Shown: positions 25,416 through 39,960 of the stretch, piece after piece
Numbering within the stretch: the first letter of the stretch is position 1
Layout: each line of letters opens with the position of its first letter
Source: Hemiscyllium ocellatum
Lineage: Eukaryota
Direction of reading: 5' to 3'
DNA: 64,000 nucleotides
Assembly: GCF_020745735.1 (NCBI RefSeq)
Contig: NC_083433.1
Span: 2,739,363 to 2,803,362, forward strand
The notes under the pieces: generated by a model
The model's input: only the letters and a program-made list of their open reading frames with translations
Database searches by the model: none
Told to the model about the DNA's origin: nothing
Made by a program: the position numbers and the translations under genes

Positions 25416-25610
25416 CTGAGTTCATTCTCATTGCCGATCGGATCTGGCAGCTTCAGCTTCGAGTCCAGATTGTAGTAGATTCCAGCAACCTCTCGGACGC
25501 CAATCCAGTGTTGCCTTTTAAGAGGAAGCTTCACGGGACCCCAACATAAGCTGGAGGGGATGTTCATAATAAAGCCCATCACATTCGAAAGAGCAATAGT
25601 ATTAACATCT
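25416..25610 (-). CDS. JOSD1: JOSD1 coding exon 3
   Basis: ctttcag|A GAT GTT...CTC AG|gtgaat = [64 protein letters not shown](R), 195 nt; catalytic His (QHW) and Asp (NLDS). Confidence 0.96.
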
Positions 25611-28223
25611 CTGAAAGAAAGGCACAAAGAATGATAGGAGGTGGACAGACGTACTTGAGAGCTGATCTATAAATACAAATACTTTGAGAACATATACTCC
25701 CTTAAAAAGACACATACATAAATATCAGTTGCTGCCTTTGCTCAGATTGCTGACAGAGGTTGAGGAGTCGATAAACAGCTGGCATCATATCATTTGCTTT
25801 GAGACAGTAAACAAAAATCTGGAAAGTACAATCTCTTTATTTAACAGGAAATCACACTCAAGCAGTGCAGAAAACAAACTAGCATGGAATTTTAAATCCA
25901 TCTTCAGGGAACAGAAAGTCTTTTATAAAATTAATTCAGTCGGGACACCTGGATGTTGCTATCTAGGCCAGTGTTTATGGTCCATCCCCAATTGGCTACA
26001 GGGGGTTACACATAAGTCGGACTGGAGAAGGACAGTAGACTTTCTTCCCTTAAACCACGAGTGAACCTGTCCGCTTTTATAATAATTAATAACAGTTACG
26101 TCGTCATCATTATACGCGCTATTAATTCCAGATTTTTATTGATCATTGGTCATGGTTGGATTTGAACCTATGACCCCAGAACATTAACCGGAGGTTTAGA
26201 TTGCTAGCTCAGTCACATTACCACACCCCATCGCCTTCCCACTTATCTACGTAGAGCAGTAAATGGAAATACAGGCACACTAAGGGTACTCTGTTGGGCT
26301 ATAGATCAACAGGACAAAAAAAATTAAATGCCAAGTGCTTGTAAAGTTAGCCATCTCCAACTAGAATGAGAGTTTGAGGTAGTGGTGAGGGAGAACACAG
26401 GGGTGGGAGAGACTGTTGTTAAATTGGCCAGGGCTTCTATTGGTGGAGAGAGAAGAATTAAGTTTCAATCAGATGACTCTTCACGACCTGTTGCCCTCTC
26501 CATAGATACTGCCATACCTGCTCAGCATTTTCTGGGTTTATTTCAGATTGTGAACATCTGGAGGATTCTGCGATAAGGCTCCCTATCTAATAGGGTTAGG
26601 CATAAAGGGACAGCAAGATAATGTCACGAGAGGAACAATGTCCAGAACGTAGTGCCTGGGCTGACACGTGAATAACAGCTGCTCCAGTAAATCACAACAG
26701 TGTCACTACACACCAGGTACCAGACCGCAGCACCAGGTGAGGGGGTCACCCTTGGATGCTGCCCCACCTACTAACTGGCTCCACGAAGACAGGTGTGACC
26801 ATTAGAGACACAGGAAACAGCACCTGGCAAAACCTGCACACTGAGGTCCCGAATTCAGATTCACTGTTTGGGATGTTGAGCACATGATATACATGTGCAT
26901 CATTAAGCATTAAGATGAGCTGCATTCAGAGAGGCTGCTGGTGCCCTTTGCTTTCATGAGGGCACAAGGAACTATAAATAATACAAAGTACATCAGCCAA
27001 CAGCAGACATCAGGGCCTGGTCATATAAACATTTACATTTTATCAAGCAGAACATCATTTTGAAGCAGAACATCATTTCGAAGCCAAACAGCAGCTCGCA
27101 ATCCAGTAGGACAAAGCGCTCCTCCCTCCCCCCGACCTTTACGATCACACATTGGACACAACACTGAAGTAATTCAACATGAGCTGCATCACAAACTGCA
27201 AGCAAAATAATCCTGGACAACTGAACAGAGTCAGCAATACAACCCAACACTCAAATGACCAAAGCAGGGCTGCAGCTGTGAATTATATTCAGATGGGCAG
27301 GTTTGGAGGCCTCTTTAAATTCTGATTTTGTAGATAAAACCTAATTAAAATTGCTTGTGAAAACTGTTTAAATTGACACTGGTGCCATCAATTCTACACC
27401 AAAAACTGTGCTACTTCCAGCTGACAGCATTGGCTAACACTCCCTCCCTTTGATTAAAATAGATTTAGGAAAACAAAAATGACATCTTTATCCTGAAATA
27501 ACGTAAGGGGCACTTCAAGAATTGTGAGAGCTTATATTGACTCTGGGAATAGGATTGAGGTTTAGAGAAGGAATGGAAAGCTGAAAATGTTATGCCTTTT
27601 GCACGTTCAGGATCTCTCTCACACTTGATATCTGAAATAACGCTTTGGAAAAGTGGTCATTGCTGAAATTAGGGAAATATACCAGTCTCAATTGGTACAC
27701 AGGAAGTTCTCACAAGCAGCAAGGAGCGAAATGGCTCGGTAAGGTGTTTCAGTGATTTTGTTTGTTTGATAGGGAACCAAACGGGCAAGGTGAACATCTC
27801 TCCTTCAAGCAGTTTGACAGGTTATTTCAACATAAAAACTGGAGTAGGGCGGACTCCTTCGGTCTAGATTTGGAGATGCCGGTATTGGACTGGGGTGTAC
27901 AAAGTTAAAAATCACACTTCAGTCTCCACTGCTATTCCATTAATGTACTTTAACTTCTCATTCCCATCTGATCCCCATATCTCTCGATTCCCTGGCAGAC
28001 CAAAGATCTATCGATGTCAGTCTTATGGACAAGCTACAGCTGAGGATCCAGAGGGGCAGAAAATTCTTAGGACTCAACTTTGAGTGAAGACATTTCTCAA
28101 CCTACATCATCATCGTGTACTTTTCTGGAAGTAAAAAGACAGCCCTTCCACATGAGGACTGCACTGAAATATCTGCTTAAATTATACACCCAAAGTCTCC
28201 AGACTCAAAACATGGCCCCCTAC

Positions 28224-28352
28224 CTTCGTTTGTCCCACCAAACAGCTTCGTAACCTTTAGTTTGTAGAGCAGCCATTATTACATTAACATCATAGTTTCC
28301 TGTTCCCAGCATGCTCTTTTTATGTGGCGTTACCATGGTATTGGGGGATAAC
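28224..28352 (-). CDS. JOSD1: JOSD1 coding exon 2
   Basis: tggcag|G TTA TCC...CGA AG|gtaggg = [42 protein letters not shown](R), 129 nt; missed by the ORF track. Confidence 0.96.
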
Positions 28353-30074
28353 CTGCCAGACAGACAGAAACAAAATAGTGATTAAACATTAAACAGCATC
28401 ATCTCCTATCCAGCCCATTTCTGTCAAATGGCCCATATGAGAAAGATACCAAAATGTCTACAAAACATGATAGCAAGGTGTAGAATGGGGGTACACAATC
28501 CCCTCACAGTCTTCTAAATCTCAGTACGTTGAAATGTACAAAGTTACATAGGCCTTGACGGTGTGGATATAGAGAGGCTCTCTCCCCTGATTACAAAGTC
28601 TAGTCTCAGGGTCTGAGCTCAAACCAAGACTGATCAGATTGAGCTGAAGAAATTTTCCTTTATAATATTTAAAATTGTCCAGTGTAGAGAGCTACTGATG
28701 GTTGGTTGCTGAGTATATTTAAAACCCAGATCAACAGATTCTTGAACGTTTAGGAAATTAAAGTGTTACAGAGAACTGACAGGAATGTGAAGTTTAATTA
28801 ACGTATTAAATGTCAAGGCAGTAGTGAGGGGACATGTGATCCAAACCTGCATCTAATGCTGATACTCTTATGAATGCCTTCAGCTCCAGAGGTTATTACA
28901 TGATTCTTCGGTTTATTTAACAAAATACCAAAGGAGCAGTCACACTTATCAAACTTCGATCTGCAATTCCATCACGTGAAATAACTCCCACTGCTCCTAT
29001 CAGTGAGGGAATTAATCCACCAGCACTTCGATCGAAACACTGTACAGCTCAAAATCTCTCGCTGCAGAGACAACCCCATTTTGGGAGAGATACCACATAA
29101 AGGTGACCGTAACCAGGATCCAGGGAAAACAACTCACTCAGAACCTCAATCCAACTCCAATCTACTGTTTGTTTATTCTTTTATGGGATGTGGGTTTTGC
29201 TGGTAAGACCAGCATTTGTTACCCATCCCTAACTGTTGTTGAATTCATAGAACTATAGAATCCCTACAGTGTGGAAGTAGGCCATTCAGCCCATCGAGTC
29301 CACACTGACCCTACGAAAAGCAACCCACCCAAATCCCTACCCTGTCCTCATATTCCTGCATTTCTCAGGGCTAACCCACCGCACCTACACATCCCTGAAC
29401 ATCATGGGTAATTTAGCATGGCCAATCCACCCTAACCTGCACATTTTTGGGCTGAGAAGGGAAAGTGGAGCAGTGGGAGGAAACTCACAGATACGGGGAG
29501 AACGTGTAGACGGCACACATCGAACTCGCTGTGAGGCAATAATACTAACCAATGAGTCACCAGGCTGCCCTTGAATGGTTTGCTACACCATCTCAGGGAC
29601 AATTCGTGTCAATCCTATGGCAATCACTGTTGCACAAATGCATTTTGCTTTTATTTCTATTGTTTTGTTAGTATCACTTCAAGTGATTATTGAAATATAA
29701 GCTGCTAACTGTTACATATTATTAAAATCCTAGTTGATAAGATTCAAATCTAAAGAATACTTTGTTTAATATTCTCATACTTCTTTTCGAATCTGTCTGT
29801 GGCTTTGCCCTCATTATCTGCCCAATCTCCTTCAGCTCTGGTGTTTTGAGATCTCGACACTCCTGCTATTTTGGTCTCTCTCGTCCATCCCAATTTTAAA
29901 CTGCTCACCATTGATGGCCATGTCTTCAGTTACTTGGGCTACAAACTCCAAAATTCCCTCCCTAAACCTTTTCATCTCTCCTTCAAAATACTCCCTGACA
30001 CATCAATGTCACTTGCCCAAATATCACCTTATGTAGCACGATGACTAATTTTGCTTTATAATGTTCATGTGAAG

Positions 30075-30480
30075 TAGAGTCATAGAAATATTCGGCATGG
30101 AAACAGACCCTTCAGTCCAACTCATCCATGCTGACCAGATATCCCAAACTAATCTGGTTCCATTTGGCAGCACTTGGCCCATATCCCTCTAAATCCTTCC
30201 TATTCATACACCCATCCTGATGCCTTTTAAATGTTGTAATTGTACCAGCCTCCACCACTTCCTCTGGCAGCTTATTCCACATGTGCGCCAACCTCGGAGT
30301 GAAAAAGTTGCCCCTTAGGTCTCTCTTATATCTTTCCCCTCTCACCCTATACCTATGCGCTCCAGTTCTAAACTCCTCCACCCCAGGGGAAAAAAAAACT
30401 TGTCTATTTATCCTATCCAAGGCCCACATGATTGTATAAACCTCTATGTTCATCCCTCAGCCTCTGACACTCCAGGGAAA
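30075..30480 (-). mobile_element. CR1/HER1-like LINE 3' fragment
   Basis: RGERYKRDLRGNFFT...WNKLPEEVVEAGTITTFKRH in ORF 30112-30453. Confidence 0.85.
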
Positions 30481-33400
30481 CCTACTGGTTCTATATCATT
30501 ACAAGTCATTGTTAAACATCTGTGATTTTGGACAATTGAAATGATCAAAAAGAACAAAATACCTTAACGCCTTATCAATCACATTGTTAAAGTTAAGGTC
30601 ATATTAATATCTTTGAGGACATATAAATGGGAAACATCTGGGCAACGGGGATGTTGGATGAGAGCTACAAGTCAATAAACTCTCTTCAGAAACTAAGAAA
30701 CAGCTTTTGTTTATATGTCATCAGCTGGTTTAGAGTCAGTTAACATAATACGTAATTTTAAGACGTTAATTCATCACCAGGGCCAGACCAGGAGCTATTA
30801 ACATGATCCGACCAGATTACTTTTAGAGTTAATAATGTTCGATAAAAATATTGACCAGGACACTGGAAAGAACCCTGTCTGCTCTCTGGTAACAGACCTT
30901 CTACCTCCAACTGAGGGAGCAGTGGGGCCCTGATTAAATGTTTCATTCAAGAGAGAGTTTCTCCAGCAGTGTAGCAGTTCCTCAATGTGGATTGTGCTCT
31001 GAAGTCTCCTGAGCTGGGTCTGAAATGACCAGTTTCTAAATCGTAGATAAGATTACCATCACTGAGCTCGAGTAACCTCAGCCGATGAACGCGAAGCTGA
31101 AAACCACACCAGGCAAGGGGGAGAAAAGTCAACATTTCAGGCCGACCTGCTGTGTTTTTCCAACTCCACAATCATTGACTCTTACGTCCAGCATCTGCAG
31201 TCCTTACTGTTTCTAAGCTCAGTTAACTATGTATTAGACTTAAAAATGACTTGGATAAGTAAAAAGGCAGCACCTAGCAACTGATATTGAACTTCTTAAA
31301 ACTAATGCCTTTAAATTCTATCACACTTTCTTGGTTTTACACATGTTCTGAAGGTTATAAAAATGTCCTATGTTCCATATTATAATTGCAACCCATAGCG
31401 GTGATGGGATATTGAAGATCCTGCACAGAGGAACAGTTATCTAAATAATATGCTGCTCAGTCACTTAGTGGATTGATTGCTGAGATTCTGGGAACAGCAG
31501 TGAACTACTGTCAATACACCAATTTCCTCACTTCATAACTCAAGCAGGAATGAACGTTTAACATTTGCTGCCCCTTATTCAGGTGGAAAATTATTTTGAG
31601 ATATCCTAAGGCAGTACAACGCACATACTCACTTTTTTATAAGGCTCCCCTTAAGATCATTTCAGGTGAAGAAATTTATAGCTATTTCTTTGCCTGCTGA
31701 ATATTAAGCTAAAAGATATTCCGAATAAATCAGCAACATACAAGGGATTTGATAAGGAAAAACTGTTCCAAATTGTAAGAAGGTGGTTAGCCACAGGAAC
31801 CATTAGAGATCTAGAGGGAACTTGGAGTCATTACACTTAGTAAGAGTTTGACAATTTTCAGCTAATATTGGTTCTACTACAGATAGGTTTTTAAATAACT
31901 TGTTTACACCTAGTGGTCCAGCATGAACTTTTGAAAAGTTTATTTTGCAAATAAAATTTTAAACCGATGCAACTCATACCAAGTCACCTCATACCTGAGT
32001 CACTTGCTAACCTCAATAGGACAAATCAATTTGGACATTTTGTCTCTCCATGGCCAGGTGATTTTTGTAATGCGGAGGGCTTAGTTTTGGACTGGGCTGG
32101 ACAAGTCTGAAGTCACATGACTCCAGGTTATGGTCCAACAGGTCTATTTGAAATCACAAGCTTTCAAAGTGCTGCTCCTTTGTCAGGTGAATGAGGGGCC
32201 CAATGAAGGAGCAGTGCTCTGAAAGCTGGTGACCTCAAGTAGATCTGTTGGACTAGAACCTGGTGTCATGACTTCTAACCTGGATGATTTTTGTAATGGG
32301 ATGTGGGTTTCATTGACTAGGCTGACATTTATTGCCTATCCCTGTTTGCCCAGAGGGCAGAAAATGCCAAGCCCTTTATTGTGGGTCTGGAGTCACATGT
32401 AAATTACGATGATAGATTTATTTCCCAAAAGGACAATAGTGAACCAGGCGGGTTTTTACAACAATTAACAGTGGTTACATGGTCAGCATTAAGCTAATGT
32501 TATACAAAATCTACATTTACAATATATAAATCTACAGGGATGGCACTGCTGCCTCACAGCACCAAGGACCACGGTTTGATTCCAGCCCCTGGCGACTGCG
32601 TACATTCTCCCTGTGTCTACGTAAGTTTCCTCTGGGGGCTCTGGTTTCCCCCCCACAGTGGGAAATACAGGCTTACAGGTAGAAGGATGGGTCTGGGTGG
32701 AATCCCATTTGGAGGGTCAGTGTGAACTTGTTGGGCCGAATGGCCTGCATCCACACTGTAGGGATTCTATGTTAATTTGATTTCACCATCCCCTTGGGTT
32801 AGATTTGAACACACCACAGAACATTAACCTAGGATTCAGGATTACTCATCCAGTGAGATTACCACGAAGTAGGAAGTGAGGACTACAGACCAGAGTAGAG
32901 AGTGTGGTGCTGGAAAAGCACAGCAGGTCGAGCAGCATCTGAGGAGCAGGAGAATCGACATTTTGGGCAAAAGCTCTTCATCAGGAATGAAGCGTCAGAA
33001 GGACTTATGCCCAAAACATCAATTTTCCTGCTCTCAGAGGTTCCCATTACACCTGGCTTGGATAATAAATTTGGATCTTATAAAGGAAGGAGAAGCAATG
33101 AGTTTTTTTTTGTCACATAACCCTTATGTTTTGAGAGTTAACATATACCAGTGTCTTTCCTGTGTTCTAGATGTGTTTAAACATGTATAGGGAGTTCTCA
33201 CAATCCACTCAAAATCACTCAATTTCTAATTTCTCACTGATACAATGCCCAGTATCCCTCACAGGGCTCCTCCTCCTAAGTTACCAGCACACAGTCCTTA
33301 ATTCTCCTCTAAAAGAAAAAAGAAAAATACAGATGTTGGCAAACTGAAATAAAAACAAAGAATGCTGGAGAAACTGAACAGGTCTAGCAGCATTTGTCGA

Positions 33401-36064
33401 GAGAGAAAAATGGAATTAACATTTCAATTCATCTGATAATAATTCCCCTTTGGGACCGCAGTAGTCATATCGGACTCAAAGCACTATCTCTGTTTCTCTC
33501 TCCACAGATGCTACCAAACCTACTGAGTTTCGCCAGAACTGTGTCTTTTCCTTCGCTTTCCTCCTCTCTGTAATTAAAATAACCATCCTGATACATGATC
33601 GTTGTATTGTTATTACAATGTTTGGGGACACTTGGATGTAGAGACCCAGAATTCAGAGATCCGATACAGGGACTGTATACCTCCAAATGATGGCTTTATC
33701 AGATACTTGAGAAAACAATGGAGGTGACCGTGGTTAAAACCTCAAGTTGCCAATTTAATCAGTAACTGCACAAAGCTGAGACCACTCCCTGTAAACAGTA
33801 ACAAGTCAAGCCAGCAGGTCACACTGCACTCTGCAGAATATATTCCAAATGTAATGACTATAATATGCAAAACTAGAGGCAACTGTTTAAGTTTCAAAAT
33901 ACTCTAATCTCCACAGCCTCCTTGCTAAGCATGGCCAACCACTGGGTCATGTTTCATATCCTCGTCCAGAATCGTACAAACATTGATAAGCACCTTAGCT
34001 TCTCCCTACTTCAGATTACGTTGCTGTTACCATGGTAACAGCCTGATTGCGTTCAGCAGTGTAATTGTTTGTTTTAGTTTGACTGAAGCGTTTCATGTCC
34101 ATGCTAATCACAGTCAGGGTTGGTAGAGATGGAACACTGCTTCAAACAGCCCCAGGACAATCAACAACAGCGAGCTGCAGAGTAAAGGCCACGTTAAACA
34201 TCACAAGACAGTCGGGTTACACTCAAGGGGTCCTGGAAATTCTGCAGACCGGGAAAATCATGGTGTCTTTTAAGCAAATGTTACCACACGTCTAGATGGA
34301 GACTACAACAAGAAACCGCCAACAAGAATTTCAGAAAGGCTTCTGAGGAAGGGTCATTTGATCCAAAATGTTAACTCTGATTTCTGCCCCACAGATGCTG
34401 CCAGACCGGTTGAGCTTTTTGAGTAATTGCTGTTTTTATTCTGGAAAAGACGATTCTGTTACACAAGGGCTGGCACCGGGGCTCAGTGGTTAGCACTGCT
34501 GCCTCATGGCGCCAGCGGTCCGGGTTCGATTCCACCCTTGGGTGGCTGTCTGTTTGGAGTTTGCACATTCTTCCCATGTCTGGGAGGGTACCCTCACAGT
34601 CCAAAGATGTGCAGGCTAGGGAAGATGGTCCAAGGGAAATGCAGAGATACAGGGATAGGGCAGGAGGATGGGTCTGAGTAGGATGCTCTTTAGATGGCCA
34701 GTATGGACGGGAATGGGCCAAATGGCCTGCTTCCGTACTGTAGGGATTCTATGAATAGGAGTGCTTTGAGGTGGTAATGATTGTGGCAATTACAAAAATG
34801 CAATGGATGCAGTGTGCATGGACTTACACAAAGTCTTTGACAAGTTGCCACACAAGGGACCACCAGAGCAGATGACGACAGAATTAGGGGAGTTTGCAGT
34901 TTGGATTATAAGCTGGTTAGAAGAGAAAAAACAGAGTATGAGTTAACAGCAGTTTCTGAAAGTGATTGGATGGGGCTTCTGTTCACAAAAAAAACAATGA
35001 TTTGTTTCTAGAACTAGAGTGAATAGTGTCCTAACCTGCAATCACTGAAACTGGAGACACAGTAAACCATTGTGAAGATCAAATTAAACTTCAAGGCAGT
35101 GATATAACAGTGGAATGTGCATTAAAGGGGCAGATAAAGTGTCAGTAAACAAGGTGGTACCTCCTGGTTTAAAATACTTTGAATGAGTAAAGTTGGGACA
35201 TCGATACAAAATTAATTTAAAGATATAGGAGTGAGAGCAGAAAGAAATATTTCTCGAACAGAAAACTGCAAAGCTGTGGAATTATCTACAAGAGTTCATG
35301 ACTGAATCAGAATGGTTATCAATATTACAGCACACTTTATAGAGGGAAATGGCTGAGGAGAAATGGAACACAGATATAGAAACAGGGTGGGTTGATGGCA
35401 AGTTGCAACACAGCCTTTGATGTAGAAAAGGCTTCCCCAGGATATTTCACAGGAACAGAGTCAAATCAAAATAGACAATGAGAATACAATAATGACAAAC
35501 AGATGGGGTAACTGAAATCTGGGTGAAAGAGCTGAGGCTGCAGGAATTTCACTGGGCAGGAGAAGACTACTGAGAGCACTCCAGAGCTCAGGCCAGAGAT
35601 GGCCAAGACAAGGCCAGGAAAGAAGGGGTGAAAAGGGACAGGAGATGCACAAGAGCCCACAGATGGAAGAGCACGGACCTCTAAAACTTGAGAGACTGGA
35701 GATGGTACTAGAAGATGGGGTGGGGCTGAGGCCACAGAGAGACTTCATCGAGGATGAGAACTTTAAATGAAAGGAGTTTGGGCATGTACTGTAACGCCAG
35801 GACCTAGTACAGCTCATATAGTCGTTGACCAATTTGCTTGTGGAAGCTCGAGGATGACAGATCAGCCAGCGCAGCACTGTGGATGATGGCTCCAGCTGTA
35901 GTTGAGCTGAGCTCAGACATTGATAGAACAATGTTAAGAAGGAGGAAGTCAGTGGTGATTGTGATACATAAACAGAATAGACCAATTGGGACGAATGGCC
36001 TGTTTCTATGTTGTGGATTTAATTGATTTGTCACGTAACCAGCACTAGCTTCCAAATAAACTTG

Positions 36065-36935
36065 TATAGTTAGTAAGTTTGCAGATGACACCAGAATTGG
36101 AGGTGTAGTGGAGAGTGAAGAAGGTTACCTCAGATTACAACAGGACCTTGACCAGATGGGCCAATGAGTTGAAGAGTGGCAGATGGAGTTTAATTCAGAT
36201 AAATGAGAGGTGTTGCATTTTGGGAAAGCAAATCAGAGCAGGACTTCTACACTTAGAAGATATATAGGCTAGTGAAGAAAGCATTTGGTATGCTTTCCTT
36301 TATTGGTCAGAGTATTGCGTATAGGAACTGGGAGGTCATGTTGCGGTTGTACAGGACATTGGATAGGCCACTGTTGGAATGTTGCATGCAATTCTGGTCT
36401 CCTTCTTATTAGAAAGATATTGTGAAACTTGAAAAGATTCAGACAAGATTTACAAGGATGTTGCCAGGGTTGGAGAATTTGAGCTATAGGAAGAGGCTGA
36501 ACAGGCTGGGGCTGTTTTCCCTGGAACGTTGGAGGCTGAGGGGTGATCTTATAGAGGGGCATGAATAGGATAAATTATGAGGGGCATGGATAGGATAAAT
36601 AGACAAAGTCTTTTCCCTGGGGTGGGGGAGTCCAAACCTAGAGGGCATAGGTTTAGGGTGAGAGGGGAAAGATATAAAAGAGACCTAAGGGGCAACTTTT
36701 TCACGCAGAGGGTGGTACGTGTATGAAATGAGCTGACAAAGGAAATGGTGGAGGGTGGTATAATTGCAACATTTAAAAAGGCATTTGGATGGGTATATGA
36801 ATAGGAAGGGTTTGGAGGGATATGGGCCGGGTGCTGGCAGGTGGGACTAGATTGGGTTGGGATATCTGGTCGGCATGGACAGGTTGGACCGAAGGGTCTG
36901 TTTCCGTGCTGTACATCCCTATGACTCTTAGACTC
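36065..36935 (+). mobile_element. CR1/HER1-like LINE fragment
   Basis: Begins at AGTAAGTTTGCAGATGACACC (SKFADDT), ends in a CTATGACTCT-type tail. Confidence 0.88.
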
Positions 36936-37019
36936 TATGGCTATAACATGGTGTTGTGTGATTTTTAATTTTGTCCACCCCAGTCCAACACTGACTCCTC
37001 CATATCATGCCAATCAATT

Positions 37020-38035
37020 AGCTCAGGGCTGATCATTTATCTCAGTGCCATTTCCTGCACCTTCTCAATGTCCATTGGTGTAATTAGTTTCCAGAACTCT
37101 ATGACTTTCTGACTGAACCTGCTCAATGACTGAGCTTTAACAGCCCTCTGGGGTAACAAATTCCAATGATTCACTGTGCTCGGACTGAAGAAATTCCTCT
37201 TTGCGGTTCTAAATGCCTGCCTTTCATCCTGAGATTAGGTTCCCTTCATCTAGACTCACCAGCTAACAGGGATATCTTTTCCACATTCATCCTGTTATGC
37301 CCTGAAAGAATTAAGTAAGTTTCAATTAGGTCATCCCTCATTCTTCCAGGGTCAAGGGAATACAGACCCAATCTCCTCAATCTTTCTTCACAACACAATC
37401 CCACTGTTCCAGTGTTGAAGCTTTTCCCGATGGAAAGAAAATTCTTCCATAGGTAAATGGACAAAACCGTACACAATACTCCAGATGATCTCTCACCAAA
37501 GCTCTATAGAAATGCAGCAAGTTACCTTTACTTCTGACCCAGATTCCCTTACAATGAAGGCCAAAAACAAATTGTCTTCCTTAATGCATGTGCATTCTGA
37601 CTTCTAGTGATTCATGACAAGATACTGAGATCCCTTTGTCCACCAGCACTTTTCACTCTCCCATTTCAGAAACGACCTGATTTTCTCTACCAAAGTGAAA
37701 AAACATTTCTCTTATTCACGTTATTTTCCACTGCCATGTTCGAGGCCATTTATTTGCCCTGTTCCTCTGAACACCCAGACTGGGTACATGAGCAAAGTCG
37801 GAAACAATGCAATTGTACTCCACATCCAAGTTATTTCCAAACCGTGCAGTACCCCACTGGTCACAGCCTGAAACCTGGAGAATGATCCATTTATTCCTAC
37901 TCCCTGTTTATTGCCCATTAACCAATTCTCAATTCATATGAATATTTCACCGAATCCCATGCATGCTAACTTTACTTTAAAACCTCCCATTTTGGGACAC
38001 TACCAAAAGCCTTCTGAAAATCTAAACACACCACA
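37020..38035 (-). mobile_element. Older CR1-type LINE fragment
   Basis: EERLRRLGLYSL..RMRDDLIETY and VGINGSFS.FQAVTSGV remnants on the minus strand. Confidence 0.7.
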
Positions 38036-39784
38036 CCAGCTCCAGTGATTTTTTTTCTTTACTCTTGTATGGGACGTAGGCATCACTGGCAAGGTCAGGA
38101 TTTGTGGCCCGTCCTTACTTGCCTTTGAATAACTGGTTTTCTCGGCCATTTCAGAGGACAGTTAAGAATTGCAGCGTCTGGAATCACACGTAGGCCAGAC
38201 GAGATAAAGACAGCAGATTTCCTTCCTTAAAGGTCTTAGTCAGAGAGATGGGTATTAGCAACAATTTCATATTTACTATCTGTCCCAAATGACCAAATCA
38301 AAGACCTCATGTCCTGGGGCACCAGTGTTTGGTGAAAATTTGGATATAGAACGAGGTTCATTTCACAAAGCTACCCAATAACTTACACAGTAGCTTACAT
38401 GGGGTCAAACGCTCTCAGGGTGGGATGTGAAGATTTTGATGCAGAGAAATTCATCATTTTTGTTCTGTGACTATTTTATTTGCAAAGGAATGTTTTGATA
38501 GATTCCGAGGACATGAAAGTTATGTCATAAATGATGAACTGGATAATGTGGTAAAGGTCAAAGTGTTTAACGGATATAAATGTTGAAAAAAAACTGCATT
38601 TGCTGAGATGGCACACCAGAGGATTGGGACAAAAACAAACCACAGGAATTCAGTTCACAAGTTTGGGATAAAAACACTTGCATTATTCAAAATATTTCCA
38701 ATGCAAATGCTGCAGCAGATGCTCAGCAAAATATTACATGCTGTCAACATAGGAGGCCATTTGGCCCCTCGGGTCTGATGCAACACTTAACTGCATCATA
38801 GCTTATCTGTTCCAAGGCCACATTAAGGCTGAAGTCAGTGTGATATTTTTAGTCAACATGCCTTAAAATGCTCAAAACAACCCAAACACAATTGTTGATT
38901 TTATCTTCCCAATTGCAGAGACCGAAGAAATAAATAAATGAAGCAGAAAACCAAACAGAGATGAGAGAAGAAAGGACAGTGGGTGGAAGACAGCAAGCCA
39001 GGGAGGGTGGGAAGTGAGCAGCAGGGAGGGGAGAAGGAAAGAGCCATCTCCTCCTGTGACACAGCTTCCATTTTGTTCCCCTCAATTATTCCTCTCAGGG
39101 ACTTTGGGATTTTATCTGATGTGAAAGACAAAACCGAACACTTAGGCTGGTGAAGTGGTAACAAGGAAGCACAGTTACGTGTTCTCATGATTAGAACAGC
39201 AATTTATTTCTTCTAGCTATTGAAACAAAATCTATGAAATCATTTAAAAAGTGAGGAGTTAGGATTAAGTATAAACACATTGAGAAAATTAGGTTTGACT
39301 AAATAGCCCCTGTTGAAAAGCCAGCAATGCAGGCACAAAATGTCAAAATGGACATCCTTTAATCCTAGAACTCGGTTCAAATCATTAGAAACAGCGACAT
39401 GAACAAGCACAAGGGGAAGATTTAAATTTTTATAGTGCCTTTCATTAAACCTAAATCTCTCAGCTCTGCACTGTCTATTGAATATCACTGAAATGTAGCA
39501 CAGTTAACCAGAGTACTCGCCTGTCTTTTTTCAAACTGTGACCATACGATCTTTAACACCCACCCGAGGGGGCAAACAGAACCCTGGGTAAAGACCTTAG
39601 ACAGAAGCTGTGCTCCCTCAGCACCATGCTCTACTGTTGATCTCAAACACAACCTTGTGATTCAAAGGTGAGCTCATTCTACCAACTGAACCAAGGGTGA
39701 CCATGGCATCAGTAAAGACTATGCTGTCCAGAAATTGGGTTAATGTAAATTGACACTACAATAGTGACACCATGTTTCAGGTAC

Positions 39785-39960
39785 CTCTGAAAAATCTCCT
39801 GGAGGGTGTCTCTAGTGAATGCTCTTCCATCCTGGAAGACATTGTTGAGGGCGTGAAGTGCACACAGCTCTCTCCTCTGCTTTTCATGGTAAATCAGAGC
39901 AGATGCCTGAGCATCAGAGTCCAGTTTTAACTTATCTCCTTTCCAGGGGACACAGCTCAT
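39785..39960 (-). CDS. JOSD1: Josephin-1 deubiquitinase, coding exon 1
   Basis: [58 protein letters not shown](R), 176 nt, donor GTACCT; catalytic Cys in ELCALH. Confidence 0.96.
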
